DNA of 63,134 nt, counting the filler, from Octopus bimaculoides (lineage: Eukaryota): assembly GCF_001194135.2 (NCBI RefSeq). It is 7 parts of 7 records of this genome, joined end to end, with 100 filler letters (N's around TTAATTAATTAA, not from the genome) between each part and the next. Parts side by side here need not be neighbours in the genome. Positions count along the whole stretch, not along the records: positions 37,632 to 43,409 come from NC_068990.1; positions 43,510 to 53,490 come from NC_068981.1; 5 more parts are not named here. The stretch is one strand, 5' to 3'. The position numbers and the translations under genes are program-made. Within the stretch, counting starts at the first letter, position 1, and the number at the start of each line of letters is the position of its first letter. Under the pieces are notes generated by a model. It worked only from the letters and a program-made list of their open reading frames with translations. It searched no databases and was not told the origin of the DNA. Shown here one piece after another: positions 38,810 through 51,902 of this stretch.

Positions 38810-38855
38810 AACACAACGTTTCAGCTGATATACCTTCCAGCCTTCATCAGGTGTC
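38810..38855 (-). ncRNA. Minimal hammerhead ribozyme motif (inverted copy)
   Basis: Reverse complement reads GACAC-CTGATGA-A-GGCTG(N10)CAGCT-GAAA-CGTT-GTGTT. Confidence 0.8.
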
Positions 38856-38919
38856 TTGGAGAAATTTCGAACCTGGATTCTCATTCCTAAGGTATTTTTC
38901 GATGTTGTTGTTGTTGTTG

Positions 38920-39010
<91 letters not shown>

Positions 39011-39049
39011 NNNNNNNNNNAGCGCGGGCTACTAGCAGTGACCTGAATG

Positions 39050-39113
<64 letters not shown>

Positions 39114-39183
39114 CAACAACAACAACAACAACAACATCGAAAAATACCTTAGGAATAAGATCCCAGGTTCGAAATTTCCCCAA

Positions 39184-39229
39184 GACACCTGATGAAGACT
39201 GGAGGGTATATCAGCCGAAACGTTGTGTT
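39184..39229 (+). ncRNA. Minimal hammerhead ribozyme motif at the 3' end of a SINE-like repeat
   Basis: GACAC-CTGATGA-A-GACTG(N10)CAGCC-GAAA-CG-T-T-GTGTT. Stem I GACAC/GTGTT, palindromic stem III AACGTT. Confidence 0.8.
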
Positions 39230-40057
39230 AACAACAAACAAGATGAGGACAAATATCCATCAAATGTAAATAATGTAAATAATATACAATTTCACTTGAT
39301 CCTATTTACGTTCGAGGTTCAAATCTCAACACGGTCTTCTTCCATGATCTCTTTGGAGGCCGATGAACTTACATTGTTTTTGTTAATAAATTAAGTACCA
39401 ATTACGTAATGGGATCGATTCAATCAGCTCTATTGTTTAGGGATTTTGTACCGATGACAAAAACAAGCAAACAACCAAAACCCAAAATATAAAACAATAA
39501 CAGCAACAAAAACAAAAAAAGTAATCGAAACTCAATACCTACAAAAGTAATCGCAGAACAGCTATTGTTTAATGAGTCATTAATTAATTACTTTATAAAC
39601 TGATTTAAAGTATTTAATCTTAAGATAATCAACTGGATTCTTGAAACAGAATTATCTCGAAACTGATTTTCTGTCGACGTGGATTAACATAACTAACAAC
39701 TATTGGTTTATTGACTGTAAATATAGAATTTAGTAAATGTTATTGAGTGTTGAGTCTAGGTCAAGCAGCCCTATGATCATAGCTGTTAAAGCCATGACCA
39801 TAATACCTTTGTTTAAGGCCACACTATACAAATCGCCGTTCATTTCTAAAGTTGGTGAGTGGGATGACGTAGCCAGCTCGTATTTGTTAAATCGTGTACA
39901 ACAGGCTCCTGAAACAACGGTAACGTGAGGCCCTCTCTTTAGCTCGTACAATAATTTATAGTGTACAACACGCTCTTTAGAAAGTGGCAAATAGAGCCTT
40001 TCTCTCTCTCGTTCCTTCTTTCTCTCTCTTTCTTTCTTTCTCTTTCTCTTTCTCTAG

Positions 40058-40113
<56 letters not shown>

Positions 40114-40678
40114 CCTTTAGTATGTGTTAGATAAACAGTATACAAGAAATCAATATATTGTATAGGAAATAACATATAAGCAATGTTTTTCCTGACAGGT
40201 TCTATAAGTAAATAATAGCAGGCTTAATAATTTTAATTATTCTGCCTGATATAATTAATAAATAAAATTTCCATCACCTGCCACAAACTAAGAAGCGAAT
40301 TGCAGCTGATATAAACATTAAATTTATTATACTTGATGAGATAAATAAATATTTTTGTCTCCCGTGCTGATGCACGTGACCAAAAATTGAGTAGCCAATC
40401 ACTGCTACGCAGGCAATAATATATGTCTTGAATGTTATTAAACGTATCTATTAATCACGAGCAACAAATTTTTGTCGCCATCTTGGATTAATCTTTATCT
40501 GTTATATCTCTCTTTATCCACATCAGGTCATTGCAATCCTAAGTTGAATATTATTCTGACTCTTCTCGTCTTTATCATCCCTCTCTTTCTATCGCCCTTA
40601 TATTCCACACACACACTTATACACATATGCATATCTATATTTATATTTATATATCTAAAAGTATGTATATATTATATG

Positions 40679-41058
40679 CGGCACTCCGTCGGTTACGACG
40701 AGAAGGGTTCCAGTTGAACCGATCAACAGAACAGCATGCTCGTGAAATTAACGTGCAAGTGGCTGAGCACTCCACAGACACGTGTACCCTTAACGTAGTT
40801 TTCGGGGAGATTCAGCATGACACAGAGTGTGACAAGGCTGGCCCTTTGAAATACAGGTACAATACAAACAGGAAGAAAGAATGAGAGAAGTTGTGGTGAA
40901 AAAATACAGCAGGGTTCTCCACCATCCCCTGCCGGAGACTTGTGGAACTTTAGGTGTTTTTGCTCAATAAACACTCACAACGCCCGGTCTAAAAATCAAA
41001 ACTGCGATCCTTTGACCGCGAGTCCGCTGCCCTAACCACTGGTCTATTGCACCTCCAC
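40679..41058 (-). mobile_element. tRNA-derived SINE family A
   Basis: Reverse complement is closely similar to 58736-59120. Confidence 0.85.
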
Positions 41059-41149
41059 ACACACACACACACACACACACGTATAATAGGGAGTTATTGT
41101 TTGCCGTGATGTCTCCACCAAAGGTCGGTGATTTGATACTTTTGGAGTA

Positions 41150-41765
41150 ATTTGTCAAACCACCGTTTGAATGTTATGGAGTAATTTTTTTTCTAAGGTT
41201 TCTGTCGGGTTAATTTTGAAAAAGGTAGCACAAATTGTACAGATAATGTAGCTCCCACGGCGGCCGGCGTGGAAAGAAGAAACTTTCAGCTTTATGAAGC
41301 GAGCCCAATAATCAAGGCCTATCATATTTTTTATCTTTTTTTGCAATCGATCTCTGGGGTACTTCAATTCCCATAACGTTTTGCTTTGTGTAGGGAGACC
41401 ATATTGGGCAGCAATATTTAAGGTGAGATCTGGTAAACGTAGAGAAAGATGATGTAATCAGGATCTCTGAACTGGAATGTTCTAAGGACCCATGCGCACA
41501 TTCTGTCGACTTTATTGTTGATGTGTGTGCTCCAGCTCAGGCTGTTGATCACAATTACACCCTACGCTCCTTAGATCGTTTGATGCTACGGAAGGTCACA
41601 CGCGATAACTATATTCTCTTTTCTTCGTGTAACAACATGTTTTTCCGCCCATCAAAGAGCGTGTAGGTCATATATTACATTGACCATTTTCTGGAGCTTA
41701 GAGACATCTGCGAAGATTTCTATTTTACTATGTTTCATGACATTTGCAATACCATTTTGGTAAAA
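41150..41765 (-). mobile_element. CR1/L2-group LINE RT 3' fragment
   Basis: KIEIFADVSKL, LSWSTHI, WVLRTF, HLKYCCPIWSP and GLDYWARF.KLK motifs, degenerate. Confidence 0.75.
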
Positions 41766-41978
41766 AAAACAAAAAAAAACCCCAAAAAACCCCAAAAAAC
41801 CCCAGAAAAGGTATATAATCAAAAGTGCATCCAACACAATTCTCTGCAGAACAAGTAAATATGTAAATTCTAATAATACATATATGACTAAATATATATA
41901 TATATATATATATCTCACGGTGGTGCACCAGCATGACCGCAGCCACTTGGCTGAAACACATAAATAAANNNNNNNNNN

Positions 41979-42776
41979 CTGTCATCGATGACGGTCAATT
42001 AAAGAGCGTCATTGAGAAAGACTCGGGGACTGGCAAAAGAACTTTATAGTGACTGACAAAAGAACTTTAGAGAAAACTGCCTGCAACCATTTGCATACGA
42101 TCGGAAAATCATAAAAGCTCGACAAATGGGTACCACACGATTTGAACGAAAATCAGAAAATGCGCAGATATGAAATTTGCTCGTCGCTTCTTCTCCGTAA
42201 CCAGACCGATCCATTTCTCGACCGTATTTGTATTTGCAATAAAAAGTGGATTCTGTACAATAATAGAAAACGTTCTTCGCAGTGGTTGGACCAAAATAAA
42301 GCAACGAAACGATTCTCTAAGCCCGAGCTCTTCAAAAAAGAAGGTTATGGTGACTGTTTGGTGCTTCTTAAAACCCGGGAAAACCATTACTGCAGAAACA
42401 TATTGCCATGAAATTGCCAAAATGAAAAAAAAAAAAAAAAAAAAAAATGCAACTGTTCCGTCCCAGACTGGTCAACAGAAGAGGGCCAATCATTCTTCAT
42501 GACAATGCTTGACCACACATTTCACTAATGACACTCCAGAAGTTGAGGGAACTTGGCTACGAAGTCCTTCCCCAGCTTATTCTCCAGAACTTTCTCCTAC
42601 CGACTACCACTTTCTCTCTTACCGACTACCACTTTCTCTCTTACCGACTACCACTTTTTCAAGCACCTTGATGGTTTCCTGCGAGAGAAGGAATTCAAAA
42701 ACCAAACCGATGCTGAAAGTGCGTTCAAAGAGTTCATCAGCTCCAGAACTCCAGATTCTTATGTTAGTGGAATAAA

Positions 42777-42809
<33 letters not shown>

Positions 42810-42943
42810 AATCGTAACTCGTTGGCAAAAATGTGTTGATTGTAAAATGGTACTTACTTTGATGAATAAAATGTCCGCATTGTTGAAATATATTGTGATG
42901 AATTTCATGTTTCAAAAGCGTTACTTTCTTTTACCCAACCTGA
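41979..42943 (+). mobile_element. mariner transposon, decayed, with 3' TIR
   Basis: KWILYNNRKRSSQW, HDNA.PH, PAYSPELSPTDYH and RWQKCVD motifs. Ends CCCAACCTGA|TA. Contains two poly-A tracts and a 22-bp triplication (42598-42660). Confidence 0.88.
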
Positions 42944-43345
42944 TATATATATATGTGTCGAAATCATAAGGGTCTCCAATAAAGCAACTCGTGCCTACGT
43001 TTATTGCATGAAATTATTATCATTGTGATAGTTATACATTTGCTTATACGTCCCCGATTTTTTGTTCGTTCATTAGAATTTGTTTTTTAACATAATCAAC
43101 GTTATCCCCATTTGTAGTCCTAGTTATGTTGAGCTCTTTCATTGCCTGGTGTGAGTCCAAGTCTAGTTTAATTCTTTCAGTTGTCTCTATTTTTTATGAT
43201 AAGCTTGATGTAGGTCTTTATAGTTCATTATAAGCCCTGGTTCATCTGGAATTTAGTGGTTTATTGGGTTTACTGGGTTAGATATTACCTACGAATTACA
43301 TTAGAGAAGATTTGTAACACGCACGCGTGCGAGCACGCACGCACA

Positions 43346-43409
<64 letters not shown>

Positions 43410-45690
43410 NNNNNNNNNNNNNNNNNNNNNNNNNNNNNNNNNNNNNNNNNNNNTTAATTAATTAANNNNNNNNNNNNNNNNNNNNNNNNNNNNNNNNNNN
43501 NNNNNNNNNTAAGTTTTGTAAATTTTATTGAAATTTTCTAATTACAAATAATAGGGAAAAATATAATTCTCAAATTTTTGCCAGCTTTATTAAATTTTTT
43601 TAATTAAAACATAAAGGGAAAAAAAAAGTTAAGTGTGTCAACTAAATTGAACTTTTCTTAATTAAAAACTGGTGAATAAAATATTCCTCTCCAAGTATAA
43701 TCGTGATCGAAATGTTAGAACTCTCTCCTCTTAACTCAGGACAAACTTCCCTTTATTTGGTAAGAAAAAAAGGTAAGGTATTGTTTGGTGCCTTAATCTT
43801 ACTATTTCTTTTCTTCAAAAATTCTGATTTCTTTTTTTTTTTTTCTTTCTTTCTTTATTGTTCTCCTATCGAAGAACTATTGTCCGAAATGTTGAACACA
43901 ATTCTTATTTCTTCTTTTCAGCGTTAAACTAATTATATATTGCTAGTTACATGCTCTTGTTCAATATTTTCATTGCTTTTTTTGTTCCTATTACTTTTCC
44001 AGTACGAAATAAAATAAAAGCTAAGTGTGTAGATAATGATACCGACTGAAAGCCAATTAGAGAAAGTGACATACAAACCAACGGCAAAAGAAAAGAAATT
44101 ACCAATAAAAGAGGTAGAGACAAACAGATAAACACACCACGATAATTCAAAAGAGTCCGACAAACAGATAATAGTAAAACTACAAGAGTCTCATAGAGAA
44201 ACCTGCATGGAAAAAAAAAAGGACAAACAGAAATCATAAAAATGAGACAGGTTGCCAAGCGGACAGACTGATAGATATAACCTGAAAGAGATGGACACAC
44301 AAAGACATATATAAAAAAAAAACTGGGATACCGACAGACATAAAATCTGAAAGTGACAGACCGAGGGAGACAGAAAAAAAGACAGTCAGAGATAGAGATA
44401 AACAAAGCGATAGAGAAAAATGCAAAGAGAAAGAATCAGAAGACAGAAGGAAAAAAGGTAGAGATAAAGACAGAATCTGAGAAAGGAGGAGCGAGGAAGA
44501 TACAATCTGCGAGGGAGACAGACAGACAAGCAGACAGACAGTCAAGCAGACAGACAGTCAGACAGAGATAGAATCTGAAAGAGACAGGCGTTATTTATTT
44601 CTAAACAATGCCGTCGTTGCTCACATGTTTCCAATGGTCCGAACATTGGTTCACAGTATTTCTGACGTTGTGAGTGAAAAGGAAACATTTGTGAATCGGT
44701 GCAAAGGATTTGTTTTCAACAACGATTCTGAAAATCGCCGCTTTTTCGCCAATATTTATTTGAAAGACACGCACACATGCGCTCGCACATTACAACTCGA
44801 ATATATGTGCGTATGTATCTATATATATATGTACGCCGGTCTGTTAGTCTGTCAGTCTGTTTGCTTATCTGTCTGTTTTCCGTCTGTTTGTCTGTCTGCG
44901 TGTATGTATGTATGTATGTATGTACTATTGTGTTTGGATTTACATACAATGTATTTGATGAACATATGTTTATCCGCGCTGTGAAAATATAACTTGTATG
45001 GATAGACCGCGGGAGTTTTGGCTGCTGAAAGTCAACAGGTTTCATCATTCATTTGAGACTCATCAGGGATCGCTTTCTTCACCTTGTGTGTGTATGTGTG
45101 TGTGCGCGCGCGCGCGCGTGTGCATGTGTGCGTACATGTGTGTGTGTGTGTCTTAGTGTTTGTGTTTGTCTCCCACCACCACTTGACAACAGGTTTGTTT
45201 TGTTTACGTCCCCGTAACTTAACGGTTCGGCAAAAAGAAACCGATAGAATTAATACCAGACTTTAAAAAATAAAAATTTCCGGGGTTGGTTTGTTCAGCT
45301 AGACCTTCAAGGTGGTACCCCAACATGGCTGCAGTCTAATGACTGAAGCAAGTAAAAGATATATATCTAACTACTTATTGTGTTTTCTGTCGATCTAATT
45401 CTGCTCACAAGGTATTAGACAACCTAAGGTTACGGTAGAAAAACATTTAACGTTCCATGCAATGGGATTGAAACCGGAACATATGGCAGCGAAGCGAACT
45501 TCTCAACCAAACAGCCATTCCTGCTCCCATACAGATCAAAATGAGAGCCACACGAAACATGAAGAAAGTACAATTAAACAGACAGAAAGACGTTCAGGTA
45601 AACAGACAGATAATTGCAAAGAGAGCGAGAGACAGTGATATAATGAAACATATAGAGGAAGAGAGGGAGAAAAACAGAGAGAGAGAGAGG

Positions 45691-45729
<39 letters not shown>

Positions 45730-48700
45730 TGGCTGGCTGACTGACAGGCAAGCAGACAAACAGGCAGACAATTAGACAAGAGAAAGACAGATTTACAGAT
45801 ATGGAGGAGAGAAAAATTGGAAGAAANNNNNNNNNNNNNNNNNNNNNNNNNNNNNNNNNNNNNNNNNNNNNNNNNNNNNNNNNNNNNNNNNNNNNNNNNN
45901 NNNNNNNNNNNNNNNNNNNNNNNNNNNNNNNNNNNNNNNNNNNNNNNNNNNNNNNNNNNNNNNNNNNNNNNNNNNNNNNNNNNNNNNNNNNNNNNNNNNN
46001 NNNNNNNNNNNNNNNNNNNNNNNNNNNNNNNNNNNNNNNNNNNNNNNNNNNNNNNNNNNNNNNNNNNNNNNNNNNNNNNNNNNNNNNNNNNNNNNNNNNN
46101 NNNNNNNNNNNNNNNNNNNNNNNNNNNNNNNNNNNNNNNNNNNNNNNNNNNNNNNNNNNNNNNNNNNNNNNNNNNNNNNNNNNNNNNNNNNNNNNNNNNN
46201 NNNNNNNNNNNNNNNNNNNNNNNNNNNNNNNNNNNNNNNNNNNNNNNNNNNNNNNNNNNNNNNNNNNNNNNNNNNNNNNNNNNNNNNNNNNNNNNNNNNN
46301 NNNNNNNNNNNNNNNNNNNNNNNNNNNNNNNNNNNNNNNNNNNNNNNNNNNNNNNNNNNNNNNNNNNNNNNNNNNNNNNNNNNNNNNNNNNNNNNNNNNN
46401 NNNNNNNNNNNNNNNNNNNNNNNNNNNNNNNNNNNNNNNNNNNNNNNNNNNNNNNNNNNNNNNNNNNNNNNNNNNNNNNNNNNNNNNNNNNNNNNNNNNN
46501 NNNNNNNNNNNNNNNNNNNNNNNNNNNNNNNNNNNNNNNNNNNNNNNNNNNNNNNNNNNNNNNNNNNNNNNNNNNNNNNNNNNNNNNNNNNNNNNNNNNN
46601 NNNNNNNNNNNNNNNNNNNNNNNNNNNNNNNNNNNNNNNNNNNNNNNNNNNNNNNNNNNNNNNNNNNNNNNNNNNNNNNNNNNNNNNNNCTCCCCACCCC
46701 TACTCCCCCACCCACTAGCTGGAGATGATGAGATGATTTATATGCTTAGTTTGGGGTGAGGGTGGAGGGTTAAGTAAAAAAAAAATTGTGTCTCTGACGG
46801 AGATTCTGTCTTCGTCAAGTATGAAGTAGCTTCTTCCATTTAAAAATTCGTTACAGTTTATCAGATCGAATCCACCAGCTAGCTGGTTAACATGTTGGGC
46901 CTGATTAATCATTCATGCACGGTTTATTAATATTTGGTTATCTTCACTGATTTTTTTTTTATTGTTTGTGTAACTGTCAGTCTCCCCATCTCTCTCCTCT
47001 CTTTCTCTCTCTTTCCATCTCTCCTCTTTTTATCTTCTTTTCCTGTCACCTCTCTCTCTCTCTCTCGCATTTTTACTCTCTCTTTCTCACATGTATACAC
47101 ATACATATCCACTCACATAAACTCATAAATGCATTCACCTACGTCCAAAATATTTCCAGTAACTTGTAATACTCAGTTACTCTGCGAGCTGTTAAAACAT
47201 TCCTGAATTTTTTTGTTTTCATCTTTTCATCAACCATGCATACACAAAGTTAGTTCCCCATTGCCTACTTCAACGCTCGCTTCTGACAAACTGCACTTTA
47301 AAGAAAATTTTAATTCAACATGACAACCTAACAAAGCAGTAATGCAATGCTTCAGCACGCTGGGCAAAATGCTTAGCGACATTTCGTCCGTCCATACGTT
47401 CCGAGTTCAAATTCCGCTGAGATCGACTTTGCTTTTCATCCTTTCGGGGTCGATAAATTAAGTACCAGTTAAGTACTGGAGTCGATGTAATCGACTATCC
47501 CTCTGCCCCAAATTTCAAGCCTTGTGCCAATAGTAGAAAGGATTGATAACCAAGTAGATTGAGCCATTGAAAATTAAATGCATTTGCCAGGAACACAACT
47601 CGATGGCGTTGATTTACCGCGAACTACCAACCCCCTTTTCTCCATGACTTTCGGGGGTCCTCATAAAACGGTCAGATCAATATCGTTGATGTTCTTCAAC
47701 AGGTACTAGCTGATGTTTGCAAGAAACTACAATTACTGACTAATCCAGATATTTGCAGTTTGTGTGTCCGATCACTGCTAATCTGTACACTATATCCAAT
47801 TTCACCGAGAGTAACGTAAACCACTATATACTTTTACGGTTCGTCGTAATAGATCAACAGTTTCATGGCGAAACAGATTAGTGTATACCGTTGGGGTGCA
47901 ATACTGGGTCCAAGTCCTCCTGTAAACCGAGAGAGAGAGCAATGGGAGCTTGGTGTCCCATTGCGTTCTCTACCGCTACCACCCGCCCAATCGTGTGTGT
48001 GTGTGTGTGTGTGTGTGTACATTCATTTTATACATATCAAAACAAAGAGGGAGTAAAAAGAGATAGTAATCCAGGCGAAATACTTTTTAAGCTCTCTACA
48101 GATAAAAATATACCAGACTAACAAATTTTCTGATCGACATTGTACTCGAGGTAACTGAAATCAATGTCCATTTGTAAATTCTTGGTTCCAATGCCCAGTT
48201 AAGACACTATGGTTTTACAGAGTAGAGGCAGAAATAATGGGTTATATACATCTATTTATTTATTACAGGTTTACAGCTGTTTCAAATATGTGTTTAAGTG
48301 CATTCACGGTTCAATCTTATTAATTGATCGATTTATCAACTAAAAATATAGGGAACCAAAGCTATCTTCTCCAGAGCCAAAACAAATCTACTGCCAAAGA
48401 AAAAGAAGAAGAAAAAAAGGAATGAATTTGGTTAGTGTGATACTTTTTATACAGAACTAGGTTATCTATTTTTAGCTATCAATCTTAAGCCATTGTTGGC
48501 TCTGACCACAGATGAATAGTATTGACATTCCGTAAAGAACTTTGACACCCCACAACTTCCTTATGGTTAGGGGCAGGCTATTGGTGATTACTACTATATT
48601 TTGGGAAAAATGTCAGGCAAAGTATATGTAAATATACAAATCAAAAGGCAGCTGCCAAATATTTTAAAACCGAAGAATCGAAATCTATATATTTGACATG

Positions 48701-49548
48701 AATATGAATGTAATTATAGACAGTAATAGACATGAAGACAGTGAGCAGTAAGGTTCAAACTAGTAATTAGGGATTAGAAAAAAAAAAACTATTACGAGTA
48801 AAGTAACAACACAATTGAGATTACAGTATAATCCGAAATTATAGGGCTATTGGTACTGCTGCAATAGTAAAACTAAGATATAAATCTTAAAGAGGAAGGT
48901 AGAGTAAATTACACAGGTACAAAATGAAGACAGAACCAAAACAAAATAAAGAAAATGAAATCACGACAAAATAAAAGCAACAAAAATTAGGAAAGGGATA
49001 TCGGAAAATAAAATGGAGACCTTCTTATCACAATAAATAGAGAGAAGTGAAAAGGAATTCAGACCTTCTATAATTCAAGCAATTAAGAAATTTAGCAATT
49101 ATTTTACTAATAACAGCTAGGAAGTTCTCTTGTCGCACCATATTTCTAAACGAAGGACACACTGACGTAAAACCTGTGGTTTCACATAGTTGCTGGTTTT
49201 CTAGCTTCGGACTTTCACTAGCTACTGATCACGGATACTCAGAGAGTGTTACTCGTGGTATGCAAACGTTTATCGCCATAATCCTATGACGGACAGATGT
49301 CTCTTTATGGTGACCTCATTTGTCGTCTGGCAATGGAAGAGTAACGACGAATGCAGACCTAACCAGTTTGAAGCACACGGTAAGTTACGACTTTCGTTTG
49401 TTGCCTATGCTTCAAACCATGGAGATCTGCAGCGAGAGACCGAATAGTCATCAGAGAGTTCATGGACGGAGTTGGAAATGCTACTGACAACGAAGAAGCA
49501 CAAGGAAACGGTAATCATCTTTGAAGGTGGAGCAATCACCACACAGAC

Positions 49549-50012
49549 AGGATCTTTATGGTTTGACGGGCAACATTTGTTTTCTTAACGAAACAATTTC
49601 AAACTTGGGATACTGGCAGATTGTGTCATATAAAACATCTTTTTCTCTTAGCCTTCTTAACAAAAGTTAGTTCTTAATAAGTTATTTCATGTTAAAGTTG
49701 TCGTATTTCTGTAATTTCAACCAATCACTGACGTCTATTCAGCTGGACTAATTTTATTCAAGGGAAAAGATCCCGTAACACCGCTGTTTACATTCCACGC
49801 CATTAATTGTTTTCACCTGAATAGACGTCAGTGATTGGTTGAAATTACCGAAATACAACAGCTTTTTACATGAAATAAATTCGAATACAAAATTTTTCAT
49901 CTGTTCTATAATACAAAATATACAAGTATACGAAGTCTGAAAGTGTTTCGGTACCAAAAACACTACATAAAACATTAATGAAAAATGTTGCCCGTCAAAC
50001 CATAAAGACCCT
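49549..50012. mobile_element. 464-bp MITE: 30-bp TIRs, 6-bp TSD, internal 60-bp inverted repeat
   Basis: TIR AGG(A/G)TCTTTATGGTTTGACGGGCAACATTT (1 mismatch). ACAGAC at 49543-49548 and 50013-50018. Inner arms about 49682-49742 and 49818-49877. Confidence 0.88.
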
Positions 50013-50530
50013 ACAGACATATGCATATACATGTACGCATATAGATATATGTACATACACACACATACACACATATATATACACACACACACACACACAT
50101 GGCACTCCGTACAACCTGTTGTTTACTTTATATATATNNNNNNNNNNNNNNNNNNNNNNNNNNNNNNNNNNNNNNNNNNNNNNNNNNNNNNNNNNNNNNN
50201 NNNNNNNNNNNNNNNNNNNNNNNNNNNNNNNNNNNNNNNNNNNNNNNNNNNNNNNNNNNNNNNNNNNNNNNNNNNNNNNNNNNNNNNNNNNNNNNNNNNN
50301 NAACAGGTTGTACGGAGTGCCATGTGTGTGTGTGTGTGTATGTGTGTGTGTGGGTGTACACATATACACACACATATATGCACACATTTGTGCCCACCTA
50401 TATACGTATGCATACTTATATGTGTGTTAGTACATATACGCAGACACACGCTCATACGAGCGCGAGCACACGTACGTACGCACACACGCACGCACACACA
50501 CACGCACACGCACACACGCACGCACGCACG

Positions 50531-50561
<31 letters not shown>

Positions 50562-51049
50562 ACACACACACACACACACAAATAATGATATTTTATCAAT
50601 AGAGCAGTACAGCAAAATAATTTATTTTCTGAGTAAGGAAAACAGTTAGAGCTATTTTAAAGTAATTTTCAGAGTGAAACTCCGAGTGAACGAGCGAGAT
50701 ATAGAGAAACAGAGTCACGGATAATAGATGCGGGGAAATGCATTTACGACCAAATTCAAAACTACATATATTTTTCACGCATATACACGCCAAGTAACTG
50801 TAATTAGACACATAGTGAGAGGGAATACTGAAATGGATAGATGACAAATTCTTCTGATTGTTATTATTGTATTTGATGTCAGTGGTAGAGGTGGGCGTAG
50901 TCGTATGGCTCATAGTAACACATCCTCACATATTTCCCATGTGTGTGTAGAGAGAGAGGAGAGGAATAGAGAGAGGGGAGAGATATTGATAGACAGATAT
51001 AAACATATACATATAAATGTATGTACGTATGCATGTATGTATATATATA

Positions 51050-51902
51050 CAGAGGGTGGACAAAATAATGGAAACACCTTAAAATTTCAAACAAATTTGT
51101 TTTAATATAGTGTAGGACCACGTTTGGCAGTAATTGCAGCTTGAATTCTACGAGGTATGGATTCGTACAAAGTTTGAATTGTTTCCAAAGGGATTTTTGT
51201 CCATTCTTCAGCTAAAACAGTCTCCAGTTCTTGTAGTGATGATGGTGGAGGACATCGACTCCTTACTTGTTTTTCTAAAATGCACCATAAGTGTTCAATA
51301 ATATTGAGATCCGGGGACTGTGGTGGCCAGATAAGATGTTCAACTTCACTAGAATGTTTCTCGTGCCATTCAGTAACAACTTTAGCTGTGTAAATTGGTG
51401 TATTATCATCCTGAAAGATTGTGATTCCCTCTGGAAACAGTTCTGCAAACATAGGATGAATTTGATCAGACAAAATGCTTAGTCTTGAGTATTAATTCTG
51501 CCATGAAGAGAAACCATTGGGTCGGCGGATTTCCAAGATATAGCCCCCCACCACCCAGATCATCACAGATCCCCCTACATGTTTAACAGTTGGAAGGCAG
51601 TCTGGGTCAAATGCTTTTTTGGCTGTCTCCACACGTATACTCGGCCGGTGGTCGGAAAAAAGGTAAAGGATGAGTCGTCCGAGGAAATAACATTCTTTCA
51701 CTGCTCTAGGGACCAATTCTGTAGGTTTTTACTCCATTCTAAACGCATTGCAACGTTTGTTTTTGAAAGTAGTGGTTTTCTGATTGCAGCCCTCCCGTGA
51801 AATTCGGCTTTTTGCAGCTCCTGGCGAACAGTTTTTGCGGAGTAATTTTCTGCAGTAATTTTGGGAGCTGTATTCTGTGATCCTTTCTAACAATTCGCGT
51901 AA
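51050..51902 (-). mobile_element. Tc1 (DD34E-type) transposon 3' part
   Basis: FQDDNTPIYTAK...WPPQSPDLNIIEHLW, GGSVMIW. TA|CAGAGGGTGGACAAAATAATGGAAACACC terminus; 5' part lost in the gap. Confidence 0.9.

Larger units (their letters stand above)
38750..39290. mobile_element. Fold-back pair of HHR-tailed SINE-like elements around (ATT)n/(AAT)n
   Basis: About 38750-38905 is the reverse complement of about 39130-39290. Microsatellite arrays and a 10-N gap lie between them. Confidence 0.8.

Noticed and set aside
49440-49470. CTGATGA on the minus strand as another hammerhead
   Set aside because: No stem II or properly placed GAAA. The same applies to CTGATGA at 11981 (microsatellite) and 54456.
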